Shown here: positions 6,637 through 15,717 of the stretch, piece after piece
How positions within the stretch are numbered: position 1 is the stretch's first letter
How the letters are laid out: every line of letters starts with the position of its first letter
Assembly (NCBI GenBank): GCA_039804105.1
Contig: JBDRZU010000001.1
Location: forward strand, 1,280,001-1,344,000
Length of the DNA stretch: 64,000 nt
Reading direction: 5' to 3'
Origin: a candidate division WOR-3 bacterium
Lineage (GTDB): Bacteria; Hydrothermota; 32-111
Position numbers and translations under genes: made by a program
Notes under the pieces: generated by a model
What the model was told of the DNA's origin: nothing
Database searches by the model: none
What the model saw: only the letters and a program-made list of their open reading frames with translations

Positions 6637-9066
6637 TTATTTTATCACAAAAACTTTTTTGTTTATCTTAGTATCTCCATCTTTTAGTTTAACAAAATAA
6701 ATACCTGATGGAAGTTGATCGAACTTATAATAATGTGTCCCTATTTTTTTATTTTTCTCTTTATATATTTGGTTGCCCATCAGGTCGTATATTTCGAACT
6801 CATTTTCAAAATTTGATACAGAATAGCAAATACCTTTCAAATCAATCTCTAATTTTTTTACTTTTTGATCACGATTTTTTATATCGTTTATACTCCATGT
6901 GTTTATTGTAAATGTATCAATTTGGTTTGATGTTGTAACATTATCGAAACTATCAACTGCTTCAACATACCAGAAATATATACCATCTGGTAATGGAATA
7001 GGTTCGGTATATGTAGTATCTGTCGTAGTTGCAATTAAATTATCATAAGAATATACTCGATATTCTTTAAAGTGAGCATCGGTTGATTTATGCCAGATAT
7101 ATGTTGGAGTGTTATCGGTAATTTCTCCTGATGGAGATATGAGATCAAATTTGGTTGGTGGAACAAAATCTGAACTTAATATATAAAACCCAGTAGTTCC
7201 ATTTGCAAGATAAATATAATCGTTGTTTACAAAAACTTCGTAACATTCTCCATAGGTGTTATAATAACCTACTTCTTTTGGAAAATATGGATTTGAGACA
7301 TCTATGACTCTGACTCCATAATCAAAATCAGCAACATAAGCGTAATTGCCTTCAACATAAACACTATGAGCTATTCCATCTGTATCATAATATCCAACCT
7401 CAACCGGATTTGCTGGATCCGTTACATTTATTATTCTTAAGCCACTGTAAAAATCAGCAACATAAGCATAGTTACCTGAAACATAGACACCATAAGCACC
7501 ACCTGGTGTATCATAATAACCGACTTCAACAGGGCTTGATGGATTTGATATATCTATAATTCTTAACCCATTTAAAAAACCAGCAAGATAAGCATGGTTG
7601 CCTGAAACATAAACATCGTAAGTCCACCCAGGAGGAACAATTGAACCAACCTGTGTAGGATTTGAAGGATTTGAGATATTAATTATTCTAAGTCCATAAG
7701 AACCATCAGCAAGATATAAATAATTTCCATCTACAAAAAGTTTCGAAGCATAAACAGAAGACTGGAAAGATCCGACCTCTACTGGATTAATAGGATTTGT
7801 GATATTTATTACTCTTAAACCTTTATAGTTATCAGCTACATAGGCATAATTGCTAAAAATATGTACACCTGTTGCATAACCTGGAGTATCACAGTTTCCA
7901 AGTTTTACAGGGTTTGAAGGGTTTGAGATATCAATTATCTGTAGACCATCATCACCACTTGCAATGTATGCATAATTTCCACTTATATATAAACCCTCTG
8001 CGATTCCTGTGCTAATAAAATTTGATATTTCGACAGGATTTGAAATGTTTGAAACATCAATTATTTTCAATCCAGAACTTCCATCTGCAAGGTAAACATA
8101 ATTGTTTAAAACAAAAATTCCCTGAGATTCTCCAGAAGTGTTATATGAACTTGTTAATCCTGGTGATGCGGGATTTGAAACATTGATTATTTTTAGTCCA
8201 TTTGTGTCATCTGCAAGATAGGCGTAATTACCAATAACATAGACATCCATAGCATTAAAACTGCTAAAAACACCAGATTCAACTGGTGTTGTGGGATCAA
8301 CTATATTGATTATTCTAAGACCTCCATTTTTATCTGCAATGTATGCATAATTTCCAGAGACATACACTCCATTAGCATCACCAGGTGTATTATAAGAACC
8401 GATTATATATGGGGAAATGGGGTTAGTTATATTAATAATTTTTAATCCTTCGGTTCCAGATGCAACATAAGCATAATTACCCGAAACATAAAGTGCTCTT
8501 GCAATACCAGGAATAATACATGAACCTTTTTCCTGTGGATTTGAAGGATTTGAAACATCTAATATATGTAAACCTGTTAAACTGTCAAGAATATAAGTAT
8601 AACTTGCAACAACAAAAACTGTCCGGATATCGTTTAAAGAATATGTGGTTATTAACGATGGTTTTTTTGGATCTGAAACATCAACAATTTTTAAGCCGTT
8701 TGTTCCATTTGCAACATAAGCATAATTACCTGAAACAAAAATGTCTATTGCTGATGTAGAAAAATCTATATAACCTGTCAATTCTGGATTTGCTTTGTTG
8801 GATATGTTCAATATCACAAGATTATTTCCCATACCTGCATAAGCAAAAGTATCAACAACAAAAACATCATAAGTTTCTCCAAAATATGGTATCCTTCCAA
8901 CTCCTCTGATATTCAAACTATCAGAAGCCCAAAAAGGTGAATAGTCCCATAATGTTCTTTGTTGTTTTTCTGTAGTTGTGTTGAACTCTTGAAAAGGTAT
9001 TTTAATTTTGGAAAACAGGTTCAGTCCAAGGAAAAGAATTATAACAAACAAAAAGAATCTTTTCAT
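6637..9066 (-). CDS. Secreted LVIVD-repeat (beta-propeller) protein with a T9SS-like C-terminal sorting domain
   Basis: Signal peptide; 14 repeats of about 42 aa (VYVSGNYAYVAD..GLRIINISNPSNP); C-terminal IYDLMG...LPSGIYFVK...KKVFVIK. Confidence 0.85.
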   Translation of the reverse strand: MKRFFLFVIILFLGLNLFSKIKIPFQEFNTTTEKQQRTLWDYSPFWASDSLNIRGVGRIPYFGETYDVFVVDTFAYAGMGNNLVILNISNKANPELTGYIDFSTSAIDIFVSGNYAYVANGTNGLKIVDVSDPKKPSLITTYSLNDIRTVFVVASYTYILDSLTGLHILDVSNPSNPQEKGSCIIPGIARALYVSGNYAYVASGTEGLKIINITNPISPYIIGSYNTPGDANGVYVSGNYAYIADKNGGLRIINIVDPTTPVESGVFSSFNAMDVYVIGNYAYLADDTNGLKIINVSNPASPGLTSSYNTSGESQGIFVLNNYVYLADGSSGLKIIDVSNISNPVEISNFISTGIAEGLYISGNYAYIASGDDGLQIIDISNPSNPVKLGNCDTPGYATGVHIFSNYAYVADNYKGLRVINITNPINPVEVGSFQSSVYASKLFVDGNYLYLADGSYGLRIINISNPSNPTQVGSIVPPGWTYDVYVSGNHAYLAGFLNGLRIIDISNPSSPVEVGYYDTPGGAYGVYVSGNYAYVADFYSGLRIINVTDPANPVEVGYYDTDGIAHSVYVEGNYAYVADFDYGVRVIDVSNPYFPKEVGYYNTYGECYEVFVNNDYIYLANGTTGFYILSSDFVPPTKFDLISPSGEITDNTPTYIWHKSTDAHFKEYRVYSYDNLIATTTDTTYTEPIPLPDGIYFWYVEAVDSFDNVTTSNQIDTFTINTWSINDIKNRDQKVKKLEIDLKGICYSVSNFENEFEIYDLMGNQIYKEKNKKIGTHYYKFDQLPSGIYFVKLKDGDTKINKKVFVIK

Positions 9067-9172
9067 ATTTCCTCCAGAATATGTTTCAAATTGTTTGAAA
9101 TAATTTTTTCATGATTTCTCCCTGAGTTTTATTGTAATAAAAGCAAAAAAATTTTCAATATTTTTCAATTTT

Positions 9173-9202
9173 GGGGACGGTGCTTGACTTTTTGACATTT
9201 TT
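9173..9202 (+). repeat. 30-bp module-boundary repeat, copy 5
   Basis: Exact copy. Confidence 0.97.
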
Positions 9203-9211
9203 TAAGTATAT

Positions 9212-9485
9212 CGCACCCTAAAGGGTGCGGCTACAAAAAAACAAAAAACAAAAAATTCATGGTAGCCTCAGGCTTCAGTCTGAGAGAAGAAACATAAAAC
9301 ATATAGCGCAACCTAAAGGTTGCGGCTACCATGCGAGGGATTTTGAAATGGTAGCATCAGGCTTTAGCCCGAGTGGAATTTTCGCAACCTAAAGGTTGCG
9401 GCTACCAAAAAAAATAAACAAAATAAATGTGGTAGGCGCGGGTTTCAGATTGCGGGATATCGTGCACCCTGAAGGGGGCGGCTAC
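9212..9485. repeat. Cluster of seven 23-bp GTAG-type REP-like hairpins in alternating orientation (REPIN/BIME-like)
   Basis: Units at 9212-9234(-), 9262-9284(+), 9307-9329(-), 9351-9373(+), 9383-9405(-), 9432-9454(+), 9463-9485(-); each is GTAG + 1 nt + a stem-loop, e.g. GTAGCCGCAACCTTTAGGTTGCG. Confidence 0.85.
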
Positions 9486-9502
9486 AGATAGTTTATATCT
9501 TT

Positions 9503-9521
9503 GGGGACTGTGCTTGACTTT
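9503..9521 (+). repeat. Module-boundary repeat, copy 6 (degenerate, 3'-truncated)
   Basis: GGGGACTGTGCTTGACTTT. Confidence 0.85.
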
Positions 9522-9577
9522 GTTGGATAATGAAAAATTTTCATACAAAGACAAAAAGAAGAAAAACGAAAAAATGA

Positions 9578-10705
9578 TTATACTGCCAAATTTGAAAGGT
9601 ATTCTCCTGCGGGAATAATTTTTATTCCGTCTTTTTTTAACTCATATTTTAAATTGTGAACGATTTGAATATATTCCAATTGTGGGAAAAACTTTTTAAA
9701 ATATAATAAATTTTTATCGGGATTTTCATCTGAAAGTTTTACTTCAACCATCTGAATAATTTTGTTATTTTCAGTTATAACAAAATCAATTTCTTTTTTT
9801 TCTTTTGTTCTTATGTAATGAAGTTGAACATCTTTGCCTTCTGAGTCCTGTAAAAATTGGCAATGTTTCAAAAGTGAAACAGCAACAGTGTTTTCAAGTT
9901 TTAAACCATTATCTTTGTCAATAAAACCGGAGTCAAAAAAATAAACTTTTGGTTCTTTTAAAATTGAACGAGAAATATTTTTATGAAAAGGTCTTATTAA
10001 AAAAATTATATTCAATGCTTCAAGAATAAAAATGTATTTCTTTACTGTGTTTACAGAAATCTGTAAATCCTGAGCGAGAGATGAATAAGAGATTGGGGAA
10101 CCAACTCTGTCTTTGAGTAAATATAAAAGAGTTTTAATCGATCTTATTTCGAGAATTTTTGCAAAATCAAGAACATCTATAGTTATTATATCTGAATAGT
10201 ACTCTTTTCTCCATCTTTGAGCTTCAGTTTCTGAATCAGAAAGAAATGGCTCAGGGAAACCACCGAATTTATTTAATTTTTCTACAGCATCGTAAGGTTT
10301 TAGAATATGTTGAAGTTCTTTTACTGAAAAGGGAAAAAGATGATAGTAAAAATACCTTCCAGCAAGAGAATCTCCTGTCTGTTTGAAAATATCAAGTTTT
10401 GCACTGCCTGTTATTAAAAACTTTTGATTTTTCTCTTTTGTATCATATACGCCTTTTAAAAAAGTTTTCCATTTTTTAAGTTTCTGAATTTCATCTAAAA
10501 CGATGAGTTCAGTATCAAGTGTCCATTCTTTATTTAGAATAATGTTTTTATCTTTAGTATCATCAAAATTCAAATAAATACTCTTTTGAAAGTTTTTAAA
10601 AATCTCCTTTGCAAGATAAGTTTTCCCAACCTGTCTTGGTCCAGTTAAAATAACCATCTTTTTACTTAAATCTTTTAAGATAAATTTTTGTAAATACCTT
10701 TCCAT
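9578..10705 (-). CDS. AAA_14 ATPase + DUF4143 protein, copy B
   Basis: Same motifs as copy A; about 25 substitutions in 375 aa by manual count. Confidence 0.9.
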   Translation of the reverse strand: MERYLQKFILKDLSKKMVILTGPRQVGKTYLAKEIFKNFQKSIYLNFDDTKDKNIILNKEWTLDTELIVLDEIQKLKKWKTFLKGVYDTKEKNQKFLITGSAKLDIFKQTGDSLAGRYFYYHLFPFSVKELQHILKPYDAVEKLNKFGGFPEPFLSDSETEAQRWRKEYYSDIITIDVLDFAKILEIRSIKTLLYLLKDRVGSPISYSSLAQDLQISVNTVKKYIFILEALNIIFLIRPFHKNISRSILKEPKVYFFDSGFIDKDNGLKLENTVAVSLLKHCQFLQDSEGKDVQLHYIRTKEKKEIDFVITENNKIIQMVEVKLSDENPDKNLLYFKKFFPQLEYIQIVHNLKYELKKDGIKIIPAGEYLSNLAV

Positions 10706-10785
10706 ATTGACTAATATATACTATATTGCAAAAAAGTCAAGATTTTTTTGCAAAATATTGCAAAAAAGTTAAAATCATTATATCT

Positions 10786-10815
10786 GGGGACGGTGCTTGA
10801 CTTTTTGACATTTTT
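10786..10815 (+). repeat. 30-bp module-boundary repeat, copy 7 (right edge of the island)
   Basis: Exact copy; housekeeping-type genes follow. Confidence 0.97.
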
Positions 10816-10916
10816 GAAAAATATTTAATGCAAATATATTTAAAATAAAAACTTTTGAGAATTAAAACTTTTTAAAAAAGTGTTGATTTCCATAGAAGTT
10901 TTCTTAAAATAATACA

Positions 10917-11687
10917 ATGATTTTTAATGAATATGTTGTAAAACTTCTGATAATTTTACCATCAATTTTTATCGCAGGTTTTGTTGATTCTATTGCTGGT
11001 GGTGGAGGATTAATTTCAGTTCCAGCATACCTTGCTGCTGGTATTCCTCCGCATTTTGCTCTTGGAACGAATAAGTTTTCATCAACATTTGGAACTCTTT
11101 TTGCCACTATCACATACAAAAAAAACAGAATGATTGATTTGAAAGTTGCTCTGACAGCAGGAATATTCGCACTTTTGGGTTCGTCTCTTGGAGCGAAGAC
11201 CGTTCTTTTGATTAAACCAGATTTTCTTAGATATATTCTCTTGTTTCTGATACCAGTTATAACGATTTTTGTGTTAATCAAAAAAGATTTTGGGATGGTT
11301 GATAGATCAAAAAGTATCGATGGAAGAAGAGCAATTTTTCTCTCATCTCTGGCTGGTTTAACAATCGGTTTTTATGATGGATTTTTTGGGCCGGGAACTG
11401 GAACTTTTTTGATTTTATTTTTTTCTTTACTTTTAAAATATGATTTCAGAATGAGTAATGGAAATACAAAAGTTGTAAACCTTTCTTCGAATGTTGCTGC
11501 ACTTATCACCTTTATCATAAATGGAAAAGTTCTGTTTTTAATAGGAATTCCCGCTGCTATCTGTGGTATCGCAGGAAATCTTTTGGGATCAAAGTTTGCC
11601 GTTCAAAAAGGAAACAGATTAATCAAGATATTTTTTGTTTTGGTTCTTGCAATACTTTTTGTAAAAATAGTGCTTGATACTTTTTAA
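10917..11687 (+). CDS. TSUP (TauE/SafE) family membrane transporter
   Basis: AGFVDSIAGGGGLI, GTNK, GFYDGFFGPGTG motifs. Confidence 0.9.
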   Translation: MIFNEYVVKLLIILPSIFIAGFVDSIAGGGGLISVPAYLAAGIPPHFALGTNKFSSTFGTLFATITYKKNRMIDLKVALTAGIFALLGSSLGAKTVLLIKPDFLRYILLFLIPVITIFVLIKKDFGMVDRSKSIDGRRAIFLSSLAGLTIGFYDGFFGPGTGTFLILFFSLLLKYDFRMSNGNTKVVNLSSNVAALITFIINGKVLFLIGIPAAICGIAGNLLGSKFAVQKGNRLIKIFFVLVLAILFVKIVLDTF

Positions 11688-11688
11688 T

Positions 11689-13854
11689 CTATTTCAAAAT
11701 CAAAAAACCTTCTTTTAATGTTTTATCTCCATCAACAACAAGGAAATATTTTCCAGAGTTCAAAAAGTTAAGATCAAAATCTATATGTCTTTCAACTTTG
11801 AAATTTTTGTAAAAAACTTTTCGACCAGTAATATCAAAAATGTTTATTCTCAAGTGTTTTGCAGAGTTTGATAGATTGTTTATCGTTAGAATTCTATTAG
11901 AGAAGTTTATCGATAAAGTGCCATCATCTTCTGTATCAGGTAAAGAATCTTTTATTATAGATCTTAAAGTGTAAAAGAAAAATCTGTCAGATTTTTTTGT
12001 AAATCCAACAGTGTTGTTATGTGGAGTTACTAAATAATATTTTAAAGTATCATTTGTTGAGATGAAAGTGTCTATGTTAGATGGATATAAAACGGTTCTT
12101 GTTTTTGAAGTTGTTATCGGATATATATTATCTATTTTTACTCCGTTTGTATTGATTGTTCCATCATCGTAAACAGTTTTCAACCTTATAGAAATTTCTT
12201 TATTCAAAAATTTTGATAAGGGATAAGAATATCTTCTCCATGTTGTGTTTGTGCCAGTAAAAATACCGTTTATTGTATCAAGTGGTTCATAGAAAAAACC
12301 ATCATAAGAGTACTCCAGGAATGCTTTGTCATAATTGGTTTCAAGGTCATAAGACATATAAAATGTTAAAGAGTCAGTGGTGCTTTGAACTAAAAATCTA
12401 TCAAAAAATTCAAGAGAGGATATCGTTGTATCTTTTTTCAAAGGTCTAAACGAATAAGGTGCAGAATATGGTGAAGTTTTTGAAAGTTCGATTCTGAAAG
12501 TTTTATAGTCAGAAGAAATTATTGAATCAACAGATCCATTCAAACTATCTCGATATGTATAAACTGAATCGTAAACTTCAACTTTATAATAATCTGCCTT
12601 GTTTGAATTTTTTAAACTCCATAAAATTTGATTACCAGTTGAACTGATGGATGGTTTTAATGGGACCTCTTTTGGAAGACCATAAACAGATTCACATAAA
12701 AATGCTGAATAGAGTATACCGGGAAAAACTCTTCGATGGAGTTGTGCAAGAGTAGTTGTTGGCGGTGAGAATCCGGTATCGATTTCAAAAGTGAAAGGAA
12801 GAGTTGTAAATCCTTTAACGAATTTTGTATAGCCGTATATCCATCCATCAGAATCACCAGAGGTTGGATATAAAGCGTCAGATTTTTCCGGGGTGTATGT
12901 TCCAGATGTTTGTTTGGTCATCTTTGATGCTATTTTTGTTGCAAGAGAACTCAAAAGTGTATTATCTGGTGCAGTATCTGATGTTGCACCATAAGGGTAT
13001 AAGACAAGTTCACTGTAAGAATGGAGTGAAATAGAAATGTTGAATGAAAACCTCTTGATAAGGTTCATCAACGATTGAACCTCTTTTTCAGAAGCAGAGT
13101 ATGGACCACAATAAACATCTGAAGAAGGATAGTGTGTTGTGCTTGAATTGTAGATTGCTCCCCATTCTCCCCTGATATCACCGTTGACCTGTCCGGGATA
13201 GTTTCTGTTTAGGTCAACTCCATAAACAGAATTTCTTAAAGTTCTATTTTTTCTCCAGAGTTCATTGTTCTGGTCTCTTGAATAGTAATATCCATCAGGA
13301 TTAAACATTGGAAGAACAACTATAAAAGTTGAATCTATCAACCTTTTTATAGAACTGTTTGTATTGTATGCTCTTAAAATTGAATCAACAAAAAATAAAG
13401 ATGTTGAAATCGTCTGCCATTCTCTTGCGTGATGGTTCGCAACAAGAAAGAACTGGTATCTAACAAGACATGTATCAGGATTTTTCCCGTTTATTTTCAT
13501 AATGACGATAGGTCTATTGTTATAAGTTGTTCCAATAGTTTCAACATCAACAAGTTGTGGAAAATTTGTTGCAAGTTTTGTTATCGAATCATAAACCTGT
13601 GCTGTTGTTGGATAAACATCTTTATAAAATTTTTTTTCAACTATAAAATATTTGATACCACTATTTTTCAATGTTGTTATCTGATCTTCATCCATAACGA
13701 TATCAACTGTTTGGTCGTTTGCTCTTCCTGCAACATCGATGAATTTATATATTGAGGATACTTTTTGAAAATCCTCTCTGTTGATCCTCACAATCTCCTT
13801 TGAAAATATGAATAAACTTGAAATGATGATGAGAATTGCAAAAAACTTTTTAAT
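11689..13854 (-). CDS. Secreted M14 zinc carboxypeptidase with a T9SS-like CTD (probable ATT start at 13854)
   Basis: HHAREW, NPDG, WRKNR, GVDLNRNY, SLHSY, FTFE motifs; the frame continues upstream of GTG 13791 into a signal peptide. Confidence 0.85.
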   Translation of the reverse strand: MKKFFAILIIISSLFIFSKEIVRINREDFQKVSSIYKFIDVAGRANDQTVDIVMDEDQITTLKNSGIKYFIVEKKFYKDVYPTTAQVYDSITKLATNFPQLVDVETIGTTYNNRPIVIMKINGKNPDTCLVRYQFFLVANHHAREWQTISTSLFFVDSILRAYNTNSSIKRLIDSTFIVVLPMFNPDGYYYSRDQNNELWRKNRTLRNSVYGVDLNRNYPGQVNGDIRGEWGAIYNSSTTHYPSSDVYCGPYSASEKEVQSLMNLIKRFSFNISISLHSYSELVLYPYGATSDTAPDNTLLSSLATKIASKMTKQTSGTYTPEKSDALYPTSGDSDGWIYGYTKFVKGFTTLPFTFEIDTGFSPPTTTLAQLHRRVFPGILYSAFLCESVYGLPKEVPLKPSISSTGNQILWSLKNSNKADYYKVEVYDSVYTYRDSLNGSVDSIISSDYKTFRIELSKTSPYSAPYSFRPLKKDTTISSLEFFDRFLVQSTTDSLTFYMSYDLETNYDKAFLEYSYDGFFYEPLDTINGIFTGTNTTWRRYSYPLSKFLNKEISIRLKTVYDDGTINTNGVKIDNIYPITTSKTRTVLYPSNIDTFISTNDTLKYYLVTPHNNTVGFTKKSDRFFFYTLRSIIKDSLPDTEDDGTLSINFSNRILTINNLSNSAKHLRINIFDITGRKVFYKNFKVERHIDFDLNFLNSGKYFLVVDGDKTLKEGFLILK

Positions 13855-13866
13855 TTTTTCCCCCTT

Positions 13867-14493
13867 TTAATACCTTATGAAAAATATTTTTGGATCAAAA
13901 TAGAAGTTATCTATTTCATCTTTTCTTTTTATGTTTATGGAATAAGAATTAAAAATTGAATCACCCCTGTCAAATCCTACAAATTTTGGAGGGACTTTCA
14001 ACATCTCAAAATGGAGATGGTTTAAAAATTCTCCCCATTTATCAAGGTTTTTGTAATCAATAAATGAACCTAAAACAGTTTTTTCATCAACAGTGTCGTT
14101 TATGTTCACCATAATATCTGAAATATGCAGATAAACCGAGTATACTTTTTTGTTGTTTCTTAAAGTGTGTTCAATTATAACTGTTGATGAAGGACCATTT
14201 TTTATGACCGATTTTACAACTCCAACTCCACAAGAAAATATTGGTTCCAAAGCACCTTTTTTGCTTCCAGGATTTTTGAAATCTATTCCGGTATGATAAT
14301 GTCCTTTTATTCCCTTATAGGGTTTTCTCCAGATTCCAAAATCACCTTCAGGGTTTATGTAATAATTTTTCAGAACTCTCCGGTTTTCGACATCTATTGG
14401 TAAGTAAAATATATCCGTTATCAACTCTGGAAATGTTTTAGAGAAGATAAAAAGGGAGAAAAAAATTAAAAAAAATACTTTATTTTTTTTCAT
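13867..14493 (-). CDS. M23 family metallopeptidase
   Basis: HTGID, YLH and HLHFE motifs; signal peptide. Confidence 0.8.
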   Translation of the reverse strand: MKKNKVFFLIFFSLFIFSKTFPELITDIFYLPIDVENRRVLKNYYINPEGDFGIWRKPYKGIKGHYHTGIDFKNPGSKKGALEPIFSCGVGVVKSVIKNGPSSTVIIEHTLRNNKKVYSVYLHISDIMVNINDTVDEKTVLGSFIDYKNLDKWGEFLNHLHFEMLKVPPKFVGFDRGDSIFNSYSINIKRKDEIDNFYFDPKIFFIRY

Positions 14494-14526
14494 TTTAACT
14501 TATAATCACTATTTAAGGAAAATTAT

Positions 14527-15717
14527 ATGTATAAAAAGATAGAAGTCAATAAAAGTGCAAGGAATGCGATACTTGCCGGACATCCATGGATTTTTTCAGG
14601 TAAAATTGACTCTCCTCTTCAGGATTACGAAAATGGAGATGTCGTATACATTTTCTGTGAAAAAAAATTCCTTGGAACTGGATTTGTATCACCAAAAAAT
14701 TCTATAGCGATAAGGGTTATCTCAAAGTCAAAAATTGTTGTTGATGAGGATTTTTTTGTTCAGAGGTTTATCCAACTTCAGAAGTATAAAAGAAAGATAC
14801 TTTCGTTTAACACAAACATGTATCGTCTTGTATTTTCTGAAGCAGATTTTATTCCCGGACTTATAGTTGATGTTTATAACAGAAACATCGTTATTCAAAC
14901 CAACTGTGCTGGTGTGATAAAAAGAAGAGATATGATAGTTTCCGCACTTCAAAAAGTTTTTAAGCCAGTAGCGATAATCGATCGAACAACACCGGAAACT
15001 TACAATGTTGAACATTGTGAAAAATACAGGTTGAACGAAAACCAGAAAGTTCTGTATGGAAAGGTTCAAAACAATGTTCAGATATTCAGTGAAAATGGGA
15101 TGCTTTTTTATGTTGATCTACTTTACGGACACAAAACAGGATTTTATCTTGATCAGAGAGAGAATAGAGAACTTGTTGGAAAAATATCCCTTCAAAATCA
15201 GGTGTTAAATTTATGTTCCTATTCTGGAGGTTTTACAGTGTATTCTCTTGCAAATGGAGCAACAGGAACAGTTTCTGTGGATATTTCAAAATCGGCACTT
15301 GACCTTGTTGAAAGAAATATTGAGTTAAACAAATTTTCCAAAGAAAAGAATGTTAATGTTCAAGCAGACCTTTTTGATTTTATAACAAACGAAAATCTTT
15401 CAAAATATGATGTTGTTGTAATAGATCCGCCATCTTTTGCAAAACATATAACTGAAACTGAAAAAGCACTCAAAGCGTATAAATTTTTAAACTCAACAGT
15501 GTTAAAAAAAGTTAAAAAGGAAAGTTTTGTTTTCACATCATCGTGTACATCTGTTGTTAACGAAATGATGTTTAAAGAAATTATAGAAAAGTCGATAAGG
15601 GATTCCAAAAGGGATGTTAAAATTATAAAAAGAACTTTTCTGCCAGTAGACCATTCATCTTTACTTAACTTCAAAGAAACTGAATATTTAAAATCGTTTC
15701 TGCTTTTTGTGTTATGA
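14527..15717 (+). CDS. rlmI: RlmI-like class I SAM-dependent rRNA m5C methyltransferase
   Basis: GHPWIF PUA domain, SEAD.IPGLIVD.Y, GHKTGFYLDQRENR, DPPSF. Confidence 0.85.
   Translation: MYKKIEVNKSARNAILAGHPWIFSGKIDSPLQDYENGDVVYIFCEKKFLGTGFVSPKNSIAIRVISKSKIVVDEDFFVQRFIQLQKYKRKILSFNTNMYRLVFSEADFIPGLIVDVYNRNIVIQTNCAGVIKRRDMIVSALQKVFKPVAIIDRTTPETYNVEHCEKYRLNENQKVLYGKVQNNVQIFSENGMLFYVDLLYGHKTGFYLDQRENRELVGKISLQNQVLNLCSYSGGFTVYSLANGATGTVSVDISKSALDLVERNIELNKFSKEKNVNVQADLFDFITNENLSKYDVVVIDPPSFAKHITETEKALKAYKFLNSTVLKKVKKESFVFTSSCTSVVNEMMFKEIIEKSIRDSKRDVKIIKRTFLPVDHSSLLNFKETEYLKSFLLFVL

Noticed and set aside
5234..10705. Duplicate AAA genes as an assembly artefact or a DGR template/variable pair
   Set aside because: Both ORFs are intact with many synonymous and non-synonymous differences not confined to adenines, and no reverse transcriptase is present.
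1709..10815. CRISPR array interpretation of the 30-bp direct repeats
   Set aside because: Intervals are 0.3-2.7 kb and contain whole genes; no cas genes are in the window.
1709..10815. Classical integron (attC) interpretation
   Set aside because: The site lacks RYYYAAC...GTTRRRY ends and dyad symmetry, cargo lies in both orientations, and no IntI is present.
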